From contig CACEAR010000001.1 in the NCBI GenBank assembly GCA_902557575.1, positions 331,074 through 395,073 of the forward strand: a stretch of 64,000 nt of DNA, written 5' to 3'. A program made the position numbers and the translations under genes. The notes below the pieces were generated by a model. The model was not told the DNA's origin, made no database searches, and worked only from the letters and a program-made list of their open reading frames with translations. Shown here in pieces: positions 41,929-57,057 of the stretch; position 1 is the stretch's first letter; every line of letters starts with the position of its first letter. Source of the stretch: an uncultured SAR86 cluster bacterium (GTDB lineage Bacteria; Pseudomonadota; Gammaproteobacteria; Magnimaribacterales; D2472).

Positions 41929-44900
41929 ATGGGACTTATTAAAGTTTTTCTTGAAAGACCAAGAATACTAATTCTGACATTAATATTTTTTCTTTTAGTA
42001 GGCTATTCTGGTTTTAATAATATCCCAAGACAAGAAATGCCTGAGCTGGCCGAAAGATGGGGAGTAGTAATTCAAGTCTATCCAGGAGCCTCACCAGATC
42101 GAATAGAAACTCAAGTAACAGAAATCCTTGAAATTAAGTTAAGAGAAATTCCAGAAATAAGAAACCTTAACTCAAATTTAAGACAAGGATCTGCTACTAC
42201 TCTTGTTGAGCTTAAAGATGAAGTGTCATTTGATTTAGTCGAAAAAGTTTGGAGTGAAGTTCAAGATAAAATTGATCTTACCGAACAAGAAATACCTGAT
42301 AATGCAAGATTAGAACTTAGTCGTAATTCTGGTCCTCCGATATCTGTTCTTTATTCTATCCAATGGAAGGGCAGTGATGAGCCGCCCCTAATCTTAATGT
42401 CTAGATTAGCTGAACAACTTAAAAGAAAACTTGCGTACCTGGGATCCACAGAAGAGGTTGAAATTCATGGAGAAGCTAATGAGGAGATTGTTGTTGAGGT
42501 AGACTCAAGAAAGTTATCAAATCTTGGTATTTCATTTCAAAATTTATCAAATCTGATTGCGTCATTTGATAATAAAAGGTCTGCAGGCTTAATTTCTAAT
42601 ACAGATGAAGAAATTTTAATAAAACCTAAAGATAACCTTAAAACTATCTCTCAACTTGAGGATATACCAATCGCAAAATATGACTCTCAATTAGTGAAGG
42701 TGTCTGATATAGCAAGTGTTTCTCAGCAAGCTGTGACTCCAATAGAAAGCTACTCAATCGTAGATGGCAATCCTGCAGTAATTGTTCAAGTAACTGGTTC
42801 ATTTGATCAAAGAATAGATCAATATGTTTCAAGAGCTAATGCGGTTGTGGAAGACTTTAAAAAAGGCCTTCCTGAAGAAATAGTTGTTTCATCTATATAT
42901 GAAGAATCTTTATATGTTGAAAAAAGGTTTGATGAATTGACCTCAAGTATAGGGTTTGCACTATTTTTGGTATTGGCATTAAGTGCATTTTTGTTAGGGT
43001 TAAGATCTGCAATTTTAGTGGCTTTAATTCTGCCCCTTACACTCTGTTCAGTTTTGTTCATTTGCCAAATGACAGGATTACCTCTTCACCAAACCTCTAC
43101 GACCGGAATGATTATTGCTTTAGGTCTTTTAATAGATAATGCAATTATTGTTGTAGAAGATTACAGATATCGAAGACTTGATGGCTTAGGTTCTAAACAA
43201 GCTATTTATAAGTCTGTAAAACATTTATTTATGCCTCTACTCGCTGCGACTGCAACAACCGCATTAGCATTTATGCCTATAGCAGTCGGAGAGGGGCCAA
43301 GTAATGAATATGTTGGAGGTATGGCAAAGACACTAATAATGGCCGTCACTTCATCACTTTTTCTCTCTTTAACTGTTGTACTCCCAACACTTCATTATTT
43401 AGAGAAGATGCCATTTCTTTCTTCAGATATTTTTAGCCAAGGATATAGTAGTACAAAACTATACACTTACTACAGATCCTCATTATTTTGGGCTTTATCA
43501 AAACCTAGAAGAGCAATCTTAGTTTCATTTTCAATGCCTCTTCTAGGCTTATTATTGTTTAGTACATTAGATAGAGATTTTTTTCCTGCAAATGATAGAA
43601 ATATGTTTCAAGTTAGAGTTGAGTTACCCAACAACAGCTCAGTTAATGCAACTATAGAAAAAGTAAAAGATGTGAGAGAGCAGCTATCAACATATGATTT
43701 TATAGAGAACGATTTTTGGTTTGTAGGCAGAAAACTTCCTAGGATTCTTGGAAACGTTGTTGGAGGTAACAGTGAATTGGGAAGTAATAATGAAGCAAAT
43801 GCAGTTTACTTTACATCTAGTTATTGGACGATGAAAAATAATATAGACATGATTGCTAAGGACTTAGTAGAAAATAATCCTGGAGTTAGAATTATAGTGG
43901 ATCAATTTTCATCAGGTCCCCCAGTTTTTGCAGATATTGAATATAGAATTATGGGCGAAGATCAAGATATTCTTACAGAGCTTGGCGATAAATTGGAACT
44001 TATTTTAAGCAGGGCACCAGATGTTTATTTGACCCGCTCTCAATCAAATGAGTATCAAACAAACCTTGAAATAGATTTTGATAATTCAAGTATTGCATAT
44101 TCATCGAGTGATATGGATTCGATTATTAGTGAAATTAATTTTGCTAGCAACGGAGTGATCATTGGAACTATGCTTGATGGTAAAAAGGAATTACCAATAA
44201 GGCTAAAGAGAAATCAGGAAGCTGCTTCAGATATTTCCCAAGCTTCACTCTTATCAATTTCTGGTAACAACGGAATTGAGTACATTGAAAACTTTTCTGA
44301 CATTAAGCTTTCAAGAAAGCTTGGAGCATTCTCTAGATATAAAGGTGAAAGAGAGAATGGGGTTTCAGCATGGACATGGCCGAGATCTCTTCCTTCTGTT
44401 TCCGAAGAATTTCTCCGTGAAGATATCCTTAAATTTAAAGAAAGTTTACCTCCAGGCTATAGGCTTGAACAAGCTGGAGAAGCTGCCGAAAGTGCAGAAT
44501 CTAATGCACAGCTATTTGCTTCCGCAATAGTCTTTTTCATTTTAATTCTTGTTGGGTTAGTTTTTGCTTTGAATTCATTCAGGCAGACGCTTTTAATATC
44601 TTCAGTAGCGGGATTATGTGTTGGTTTAGCAATACTAGGTTTAGTTGTTGGAATGCAGAATTTTGGTTTTATAGGACTTGTAGGTGCTCTTGGTTTAGCT
44701 GGACTGGCTATTAATGACTCTATTGTTGTTTTAGCAGCACTCAAAGAAGATTCTGAAAAGGGTGATTATGATTTGAGCGGAGTAATTCAAACTGTTACTA
44801 GAGCCACAAGACATATTATTACAACAACTGCTACAACCATTGGAGGCTTATTCCCCTTGATACTAACAAGCATTTTTTTCCAACCACTAGCATGGGCAAT

Positions 44901-44991
44901 GTCAGTTGGTGTTATTGGTGCATCCTTAATAGCCCTATTTTATATTCCAGCTATGTTCATGATTTTAAAAAAAATACCTAGAACTATTTAA
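41929..44991 (+). CDS. RND efflux transporter permease (AcrB/AcrD/AcrF family)
   Basis: 1020 aa, YPGASP..IETQVT, GLLIDNAIIVVE, 12-TM pattern. Confidence 0.93.
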   Translation: MGLIKVFLERPRILILTLIFFLLVGYSGFNNIPRQEMPELAERWGVVIQVYPGASPDRIETQVTEILEIKLREIPEIRNLNSNLRQGSATTLVELKDEVSFDLVEKVWSEVQDKIDLTEQEIPDNARLELSRNSGPPISVLYSIQWKGSDEPPLILMSRLAEQLKRKLAYLGSTEEVEIHGEANEEIVVEVDSRKLSNLGISFQNLSNLIASFDNKRSAGLISNTDEEILIKPKDNLKTISQLEDIPIAKYDSQLVKVSDIASVSQQAVTPIESYSIVDGNPAVIVQVTGSFDQRIDQYVSRANAVVEDFKKGLPEEIVVSSIYEESLYVEKRFDELTSSIGFALFLVLALSAFLLGLRSAILVALILPLTLCSVLFICQMTGLPLHQTSTTGMIIALGLLIDNAIIVVEDYRYRRLDGLGSKQAIYKSVKHLFMPLLAATATTALAFMPIAVGEGPSNEYVGGMAKTLIMAVTSSLFLSLTVVLPTLHYLEKMPFLSSDIFSQGYSSTKLYTYYRSSLFWALSKPRRAILVSFSMPLLGLLLFSTLDRDFFPANDRNMFQVRVELPNNSSVNATIEKVKDVREQLSTYDFIENDFWFVGRKLPRILGNVVGGNSELGSNNEANAVYFTSSYWTMKNNIDMIAKDLVENNPGVRIIVDQFSSGPPVFADIEYRIMGEDQDILTELGDKLELILSRAPDVYLTRSQSNEYQTNLEIDFDNSSIAYSSSDMDSIISEINFASNGVIIGTMLDGKKELPIRLKRNQEAASDISQASLLSISGNNGIEYIENFSDIKLSRKLGAFSRYKGERENGVSAWTWPRSLPSVSEEFLREDILKFKESLPPGYRLEQAGEAAESAESNAQLFASAIVFFILILVGLVFALNSFRQTLLISSVAGLCVGLAILGLVVGMQNFGFIGLVGALGLAGLAINDSIVVLAALKEDSEKGDYDLSGVIQTVTRATRHIITTTATTIGGLFPLILTSIFFQPLAWAMSVGVIGASLIALFYIPAMFMILKKIPRTI

Positions 44992-45172
44992 TACACTTTT
45001 CAGAGCAGTAGGTATTTTTACCTTTTTTAATAGCTAAATCTTTAGAAACAAAAGTCCCGCAGCTGATGCAAGAGTCCATATCATTTCTGGTAATGCGATT
45101 AACTTTCTTTGGTTTAATTAAATGCCTTATTAAAAAAAAGATTATTACCAATAAAGGAACAATTATCTTCAA
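44984..45172 (-). CDS. Small membrane-anchored Cys-motif protein (PP0621-like)
   Basis: N-terminal TM helix, CISCG...YCSEKC; directly downstream of bamD. Confidence 0.75.
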   Translation of the reverse strand: MKIIVPLLVIIFFLIRHLIKPKKVNRITRNDMDSCISCGTFVSKDLAIKKGKNTYCSEKCIK

Positions 45173-46018
45173 TTAGTTTGTTGCACCTGAAAGTATGGTT
45201 CCTCCGATAATTAGAGGAAGTGAATTTGGGAGCGGTATATTTTGAAGAAATGATCCACTTGAAGTTTCTGAGTTTGGTGGTGGCGGATTAAGTGCAATCA
45301 ATTTTTCAGTATCTTCGACAAGATCACTGTATCCAAGTTCTTCATAAGACGTCTTTAAGATTTGAAGCGCTCTATGATTTTGATTTGAATTTGGAATATT
45401 TTCTAGAACATAAGATGCTCTTCTAATGGCAGCAACATAAGCTTTTCTAGTTACATAGTAATCAGCAGCTGCAAGCTCATTACTGGCAACTAGATTTCTT
45501 AAATAGATTAATCTTTGTTTTGCATATGGAGCATATTGACTATCCGGGAACCTTGTAAGGAATTCTGTTAATTCTGAAAATGCTAATTTGGCTCCAGAAA
45601 CATCTCTTGATGAGAGATCAGTATTTGTAACTCTTGCTAGCAGTCCAGCATCTCTTGTATAGCTTGATAGACCTTTCATAAAATAAGCATAGTCAATATT
45701 GGGATGTCTTGGATGAAGTCTAATGAATCTTTCTGCAGCTGAATGCGCAGCCTCAGTTTCTCCATTCATGAAATAACAATAGACTAACTCAACTTGCGCT
45801 TGCTCAGCATATTTTCCAAAAGGATATTGTGTTTCTATTCTCTGAAGTGACTCAATTGCACCAAAATAATTATTAACCTTCATTCTTCTTTGTGCTGTAT
45901 CATAATAGACCTTTTCTGGTCTCTCGATTTCAACTTCATCCTTACTGCACGATGAGATAAAAAAAGCACATGCTAAAACCAGAGGTAGAGACAAAATATT
46001 TTTTAGATTTCTATTCAT
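45173..46018 (-). CDS. bamD: Outer membrane protein assembly factor BamD
   Basis: Lipobox ISSC, YPFGKYAEQAQ, RFIRLHPRHPNIDYAYF; divergent from rluD. Confidence 0.96.
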   Translation of the reverse strand: MNRNLKNILSLPLVLACAFFISSCSKDEVEIERPEKVYYDTAQRRMKVNNYFGAIESLQRIETQYPFGKYAEQAQVELVYCYFMNGETEAAHSAAERFIRLHPRHPNIDYAYFMKGLSSYTRDAGLLARVTNTDLSSRDVSGAKLAFSELTEFLTRFPDSQYAPYAKQRLIYLRNLVASNELAAADYYVTRKAYVAAIRRASYVLENIPNSNQNHRALQILKTSYEELGYSDLVEDTEKLIALNPPPPNSETSSGSFLQNIPLPNSLPLIIGGTILSGATN

Positions 46019-46070
46019 GGGTGTTATTTTACTCTAATATTTGATTATAAATCTTAAAAAAAAGTTCATT

Positions 46071-47012
46071 ATGTCAACAACAAAAAAAGTTTCAAAGGAT
46101 TTAATCAATTTGAGACTTGATAAAGCAACATCAGTTTTATTCGAAGAGTTTTCAAGAACTAAATTAAAAGAGTGGATTTTGAGTGGAAATATTCTTTTAA
46201 ATGGAGAAATTGCTTCTCCAAGAGAAAAGGTAAGTCTCGATGATGAAATTGAAGTAAATCCAATAAATGAAGTTTCAACAGAATGGTGTCCTGAGAATAT
46301 CGATTTTAGCGTGTTGCATGAGACTAATGATTTCTTGATAGTTGATAAACCTATAAATCTTGTAATTCATCCTGGAGCTGGCATTTCTAGCGGAACATTA
46401 GCCAATGGTTTACTTTTCAAGTTTCCTAAACTTGAAGAACTTCCAAGAGCTGGAATAGTGCATCGTCTGGATAAAGATACATCTGGATTATTGGTTGTGG
46501 CCAAGAATGAGAAATTTAGACTTTATTTTATAGATCTTCTTCAATCTAGAAAGGTCAAGAAAAACTATAGGGCTTTGGTGATCGGAACACTTAGAGGTAA
46601 TCTTGAAATAGATATACCCATTGGCAGGGACAAAAATAATAGAACCAAAATGACATGTAGAGAAGATGGGAAAGAAGCTATTACTCATGTAAAGAGTATT
46701 GATAGTTATGGAGGTTACTCGCTGCTTGATGTTGAAATAGAAACTGGTAGAACTCATCAAATAAGAACTCATTTAGCTCATAAGAAGCTCCCTATAATTG
46801 GAGACAAGACCTACAATACAAGAAAAATTATTGCCAAAGATACGCCAGATGAACTTAAAGATTTCATAAGATCTTTCCCAAGACAAGCTCTTCATGCATA
46901 TAAAATAGGATTTAAATTGCCAGATAGTGAAGATTACGTTGAATTTGAGAGCAAGATTCCAAAAGATTTTAAAGAATTAATAACAACTTTGGAAAAATTT
47001 AATATTTCCTAA
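46071..47012 (+). CDS. rluD: 23S rRNA pseudouridine synthase RluD
   Basis: S4 domain RLDK, HPGAG, GIVHRLDKDTSG, ETGRTHQIR, RQALHA. Start at ATG 46071 or TTG 46041. Confidence 0.94.
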   Translation: MSTTKKVSKDLINLRLDKATSVLFEEFSRTKLKEWILSGNILLNGEIASPREKVSLDDEIEVNPINEVSTEWCPENIDFSVLHETNDFLIVDKPINLVIHPGAGISSGTLANGLLFKFPKLEELPRAGIVHRLDKDTSGLLVVAKNEKFRLYFIDLLQSRKVKKNYRALVIGTLRGNLEIDIPIGRDKNNRTKMTCREDGKEAITHVKSIDSYGGYSLLDVEIETGRTHQIRTHLAHKKLPIIGDKTYNTRKIIAKDTPDELKDFIRSFPRQALHAYKIGFKLPDSEDYVEFESKIPKDFKELITTLEKFNIS

Positions 47013-47079
47013 ATATTCTAAAAAGCTTGTTTTTACAAGCGATTTTAATGTATAAACCTCAAGCTAAAAGTTTTTTATT

Positions 47080-48812
47080 ATGAAAATTGCAGGAAACGAC
47101 ATATTAATTCAGTCTCTGATAAATGAGGGAGTGGAATATATCTTTGGTTACCCGGGGGGTGCTGCTCTTCATATCTATGATTCGATCTTTAATCAAAAGG
47201 AGATGCAGCATATTTTAGTAAGGCATGAGCAAGGTGCAACACATGCTGCTGATGGTTACGCAAGAGCTACTGGTAAGCCAGGCGTTGTTTTAGTTACCTC
47301 TGGACCGGGAGCTACAAATGCAATAACCGGGATTGCAACAGCCTTTATGGATTCAATTCCTATGGTTGTTATATCTGGTCAAGTGCAAAGTCACTTAATT
47401 GGAACTGATGCTTTTCAAGAGACAGATATGATAGGAGTATCAAGACCTATAGTAAAACATAGCTTTACAGTGGATAAACAAGAAAATATTGCACAAATTG
47501 TTAAGGAAGCTTTTCATATAGCAACTTCCGGAAGACAAGGCCCAGTAGTTATTGATGTCCCAAAAGATTTAACAAATCCTGATGAATTATTTGATTTTAA
47601 CTATCCTGAAAAAGCTAATATAAGATCCTATAATCCTCCAGTGAAACCAGAAAATCATCAAGTTTCTCGGGCTGTGGATGCAATACTAACTGCTGAGAGG
47701 CCAGTAATTTATGCTGGCGGTGGAACAATCTCAAGTAATGCATCTGATGAATTAAGAGAGCTAAATGAACTGCTTGATTTTCCAGTAACAAACACCTTGA
47801 TGGGTTTGGGAGTCTACCCAGGGACAGGAAAAAGATTTTTAGGCATGCTGGGTATGCATGGAACTTACCAAGCAAATATGGCAATGCATAATGCTGATTT
47901 AATTATTGCTGTGGGAGCTAGATTTGATGATCGAATTACTAACACGCCAGAGAAGTTTGCTCCAAAAGCAAAAGTTATTCACTTTGATGTAGATCATTCA
48001 TCAGTATCAAAGATAATTGAGGCAGATATTGCTGTATTCGGGCAAGTCAAGGATTCATTGAAAGCTATTAATAACTATTTAAGGTCGAGAAAGGATGAAA
48101 TTAATAGACAAAAGCTTTCTCCGTGGCATCAGCAAATAAGAGAATGGAAAGAAAAGCATGGCCTTAATCATGAACTCTACAAGAATGATTCAGACGAGCA
48201 TCCAATTTTACCTCAGGCAGCCGTGCAACATATATATCAAGAATCTGAAGGCAAAGCATTTGTTACATCAGATGTTGGTCAGCACCAAATGTTTGCTGCT
48301 CAGTACTATCACTTTGATGAACCAAGAAAATGGATAAATTCTGGTGGTCTTGGCACTATGGGTTTTGGCCTTCCGTCAGCAATGGGAGTTAAACTGGCTT
48401 ATCCTGAAGAAGAAGTAATTTGCATCACCGGAGAAGGAAGTATACAAATGTGTATACAAGAACTCTCAACATGCTCACAATATAAATTACCAATAAAAAT
48501 ATTTAATATAAATAATCTTGCCCTCGGTATGGTAAAGCAATGGCAAGATATGAACTATGATGGTAGACACTCATCTATTAGCTATGAGGATTCATTGCCA
48601 GATTTTGTTGGGCTAGCAGAATCTTATGGGCATGTTGGCATTAAAATCACTAAAAATTCTGAACTCAAAGAAGGAATTGCTAAAGCACTATCCATTAAAG
48701 ATAAGTTGGTTTTTGTTGATATATATGTTGATCCAAATGAGCATGTGTATCCAATGCTTGTCGCTCCTAACGGAAGCTTAAAAGATATGTGGTTGGGCAA
48801 AGGTGAAAAAAC

Positions 48813-48816
<4 letters not shown>
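47080..48816 (+). CDS. ilvI: Acetolactate synthase large subunit
   Basis: FGYPGG, RHEQ, TSGPGATN, GMLGMHG, DVGQHQM, SGGLGTMG. Confidence 0.96.
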
Positions 48817-50169
<1,353 letters not shown>

Positions 50170-50182
50170 CTGAAAAAAGTGT

Positions 50183-50267
50183 TTCCTTTTATCATAAATA
50201 ACGTGTAGAATTCACCTTCCGGCCAAGAGCCGGCTGTTCTTTAAACATATTTGGTTACTCGTGTGGG
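50183..50267 (+). promoter_or_regulatory. rRNA operon leader: promoter, boxB-like hairpin, boxA-like site, 16S processing stem
   Basis: TAGAAT at 50206-50211; CCGGC-CAAGA-GCCGG hairpin 50219-50233; TGTTCTTTAAACA 50235-50247; 50249-50267 is perfectly complementary to 51886-51904. Confidence 0.7.
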
Positions 50268-50331
50268 TGTTCAAAATACGAGAAAATTATAAAAAACTTT
50301 GTCACAGTTTTTAAACGTGACACATTGATCA

Positions 50332-51865
<1,534 letters not shown>

Positions 51866-52050
51866 AAATAATTTTGTATTTGAGGCCCACACGAGTAACC
51901 AAATTTAAAGAACATGATATGTATGATCTTTGGTATGTAATTTTCTTGTGTAAAAGTTTTTTTACACATAGATCACTGCAAGTAATTAAAAGTAATTAAT
52001 ATATTTTATTAAGTTACTCTCAAAAACCTATAACCTTTTTAAGGTTATAT

Positions 52051-54930
<2,880 letters not shown>

Positions 54931-55009
54931 TGTAACCTTAAGAAGGATTTACATGCGAAGAAGTAACTTAATACATAAACTTAAGTGATTTAAAAATTGC
55001 ATACCAGTT

Positions 55010-55128
55010 TGCCTGATGACAATAGCAGTTTGGTCCCACCTGATCCCATTTCGAACTCAGAAGTGAAACGAACTAGCGCCGATGGTAGTGCAGGGCTTCC
55101 CTGTGTGAGAGTAGGACATCGTCAGGCT
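55010..55128 (+). rRNA. rrf: 5S rRNA
   Basis: GCCTGATG...CCCATTTCGAACTCAGAAGTGAAAC...GATGGTAGT...CGTCAGGC with complementary ends. Confidence 0.97.
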
Positions 55129-55136
55129 TTTGATTT

Positions 55137-55167
55137 AAAAGCTCTCAAGAAATTGAGAGCTTTTTTT
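55137..55167 (+). terminator. Intrinsic terminator of the rRNA operon
   Basis: AAAAGCTCTCAA-GAAA-TTGAGAGC followed by T7. Confidence 0.9.
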
Positions 55168-55210
55168 GTTTTAGGCTAGATTTATTATTAAAAGTACACA
55201 TAATCTAACT

Positions 55211-55687
55211 ATGAATATTAAAGAAGAGTTCAGACTAGCTTTGAGAGAGCTTGTTTATCCTGTATGTGTCGTGTCTTCATATAATGATGAAACTAAAGAA
55301 AATCATGCTATTACAGTTTCATCCGTTACATCATTATCGTTTGAACCACCCTCTATTCTTGTTTGCATAAATAAAGACTCAAGCATTCATTCATCTTTAA
55401 AAAAAGATTCCAATTTCAATATTAGCTTTTTATCTTCTTCGCAAACCGAAATATCAAATCTTTGCGGAACAGACGAACTGTCTGATAAGAGATTTGATAA
55501 TGATTTTTGGGATTTTAAGAACAATATAGGCTTCATAAAAAATTCACAATCTGTTATTTCATGCACCATAAAAGAAATTACAAGTCACGGATCTCATAGT
55601 GTTTTTTTTGGGGATGTAGTTGAAGTGATAAAAAATAGTAATACTAAACCCCTTCTTTATGGGAAGGGAGAGTACTTGGATATTTAG
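55211..55687 (+). CDS. Flavin reductase family protein
   Basis: TVSSVTSLSFEPPSILVCI, GSHSVFFG.V, PLLY..G. Confidence 0.92.
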   Translation: MNIKEEFRLALRELVYPVCVVSSYNDETKENHAITVSSVTSLSFEPPSILVCINKDSSIHSSLKKDSNFNISFLSSSQTEISNLCGTDELSDKRFDNDFWDFKNNIGFIKNSQSVISCTIKEITSHGSHSVFFGDVVEVIKNSNTKPLLYGKGEYLDI

Positions 55688-55689
55688 AG

Positions 55690-56286
55690 ATGCTTATTGG
55701 TTTAACAGGTGGAATTGGATCAGGCAAAAGCTTAGCTGGGGATTTTTTTAAAAGTAAAAATATTGATGTAATTGATGCTGATGATCTTGCCCACAATGCT
55801 CTAGATATAGAAGGAGAGGGGTACAAAAAGTTTTTAGATATTTTCGGAGAAACTTTTCTAGATGAAAATTCTGAAATAGATAGAAAAGCTCTTAGAAAGT
55901 ATATTTTTCAAAATCCAGAAATGAAAAATAAGTTGGAGGAAATAGTTCATCCGATTGTGCAAAATGGCATATTAAACTTTATCAATAATTCAAATAGTAT
56001 ATATAGGATTATTATTGTTCCACTTATAGCAGAAACAAACAGTTCTTCATTGTATGACCGGGTTTTGGCAATAGATTGCAAAAAAGAAATCCAAATAGAA
56101 AGAGCCTCAAAAAGAGATAACTCCAATGAAGAGCAGATCTTAAAAATAATACAGTCTCAGGCTTCATCCGAGGATAGGAATAAGATCGCTAATGATGTAG
56201 TTGAAAATAATGATACTAAAGATGAATTTTTAATGAATCTAGAAGATATTCATAAAAAATACTTAATTCTTGCAAACAATGATTAA
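55690..56286 (+). CDS. coaE: Dephospho-CoA kinase
   Basis: [30 protein letters not shown]. Confidence 0.97.
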   Translation: MLIGLTGGIGSGKSLAGDFFKSKNIDVIDADDLAHNALDIEGEGYKKFLDIFGETFLDENSEIDRKALRKYIFQNPEMKNKLEEIVHPIVQNGILNFINNSNSIYRIIIVPLIAETNSSSLYDRVLAIDCKKEIQIERASKRDNSNEEQILKIIQSQASSEDRNKIANDVVENNDTKDEFLMNLEDIHKKYLILANND

Positions 56287-56443
56287 CTGTCCAAATTGTG
56301 AAAAAAAAGTGAGCATTGACAGTTCCAATGAATATAGGCCTTTTTGCTCAAAGAAATGTAAGCTCATTGACTTGGGTGAGTGGGCTAATGAAGAAAAAAA
56401 GATCTCTAGACCTATCCAGTCAGAAGATTTCTATGAGGATTGA
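56279..56443 (+). CDS. yacG: DNA gyrase inhibitor YacG (54 aa, not in ORF track)
   Basis: [39 protein letters not shown]...: CxxC plus RPFCSxxCxxIDLGxW signature, downstream of coaE. Confidence 0.95.
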   Translation: MINCPNCEKKVSIDSSNEYRPFCSKKCKLIDLGEWANEEKKISRPIQSEDFYED

Positions 56444-57057
56444 TTAAACATTGAGATTCCTGCTATTCCACCTGCATAGTGCTTGGAAGCAATCTCTAAA
56501 TCATCATTGCTTAAACCTCCAATAGCATAGATTTTTATCAAAGATTTTTTAGCCATATCTGAAAATTTATCCCAACCTATTCCTTTCGTAATAATCTTTT
56601 TGTCTATGAGCTTGTCTTTGATAGGACCCAAAATACAATAATTTAAACCTAAATTGCTAGCCAAAGATATCTCTTTTTCATTGTGACAAGAGCCACCAAG
56701 AAGCTTCTTTTTTTCAAAATGCTTAAGGAGATCATCCTTTTTTAATTCTTTCAAAAGAGAACTTGTAAAATGCATGCCATAACTTTCAGTAATTAAATCA
56801 CTCATCCCCATAAAAGAATCTAAATTATCAAAATGAAGAATGCATGGCACTTTCCCATTTAATGATTCCATTATTCTCTCAGCTAATTTTTGATACCCGT
56901 CTCTATCCAAGGATTTATTTCGGATTATAAGAAAATCAACTTTATGAGCATTGCTTCTTATTAATTCAAGATTATTTATATATGAACTTATATTTTCAGG
57001 GGAGAGGTCAGGTGTTATAGCAATGCTGCTATGTTCTCTTCCTAAATTATTCTCCAT
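56431..57057 (-). CDS. Thiamine phosphate synthase (ThiE/TenI)-like protein
   Basis: GMHF, GGSCHN..E, ILGPI, GIGW..F, IYAIGG, GIAGIS. Confidence 0.75.
   Translation of the reverse strand: MENNLGREHSSIAITPDLSPENISSYINNLELIRSNAHKVDFLIIRNKSLDRDGYQKLAERIMESLNGKVPCILHFDNLDSFMGMSDLITESYGMHFTSSLLKELKKDDLLKHFEKKKLLGGSCHNEKEISLASNLGLNYCILGPIKDKLIDKKIITKGIGWDKFSDMAKKSLIKIYAIGGLSNDDLEIASKHYAGGIAGISMFNQSS

Noticed and set aside
47025-47040. GCTTGT-TTTT-ACAAGC hairpin before ilvI as an attenuator
   Set aside because: Only a 6-bp stem, no leader peptide and no clean U-tract. It may be a weak terminator or operator, but I cannot support either.
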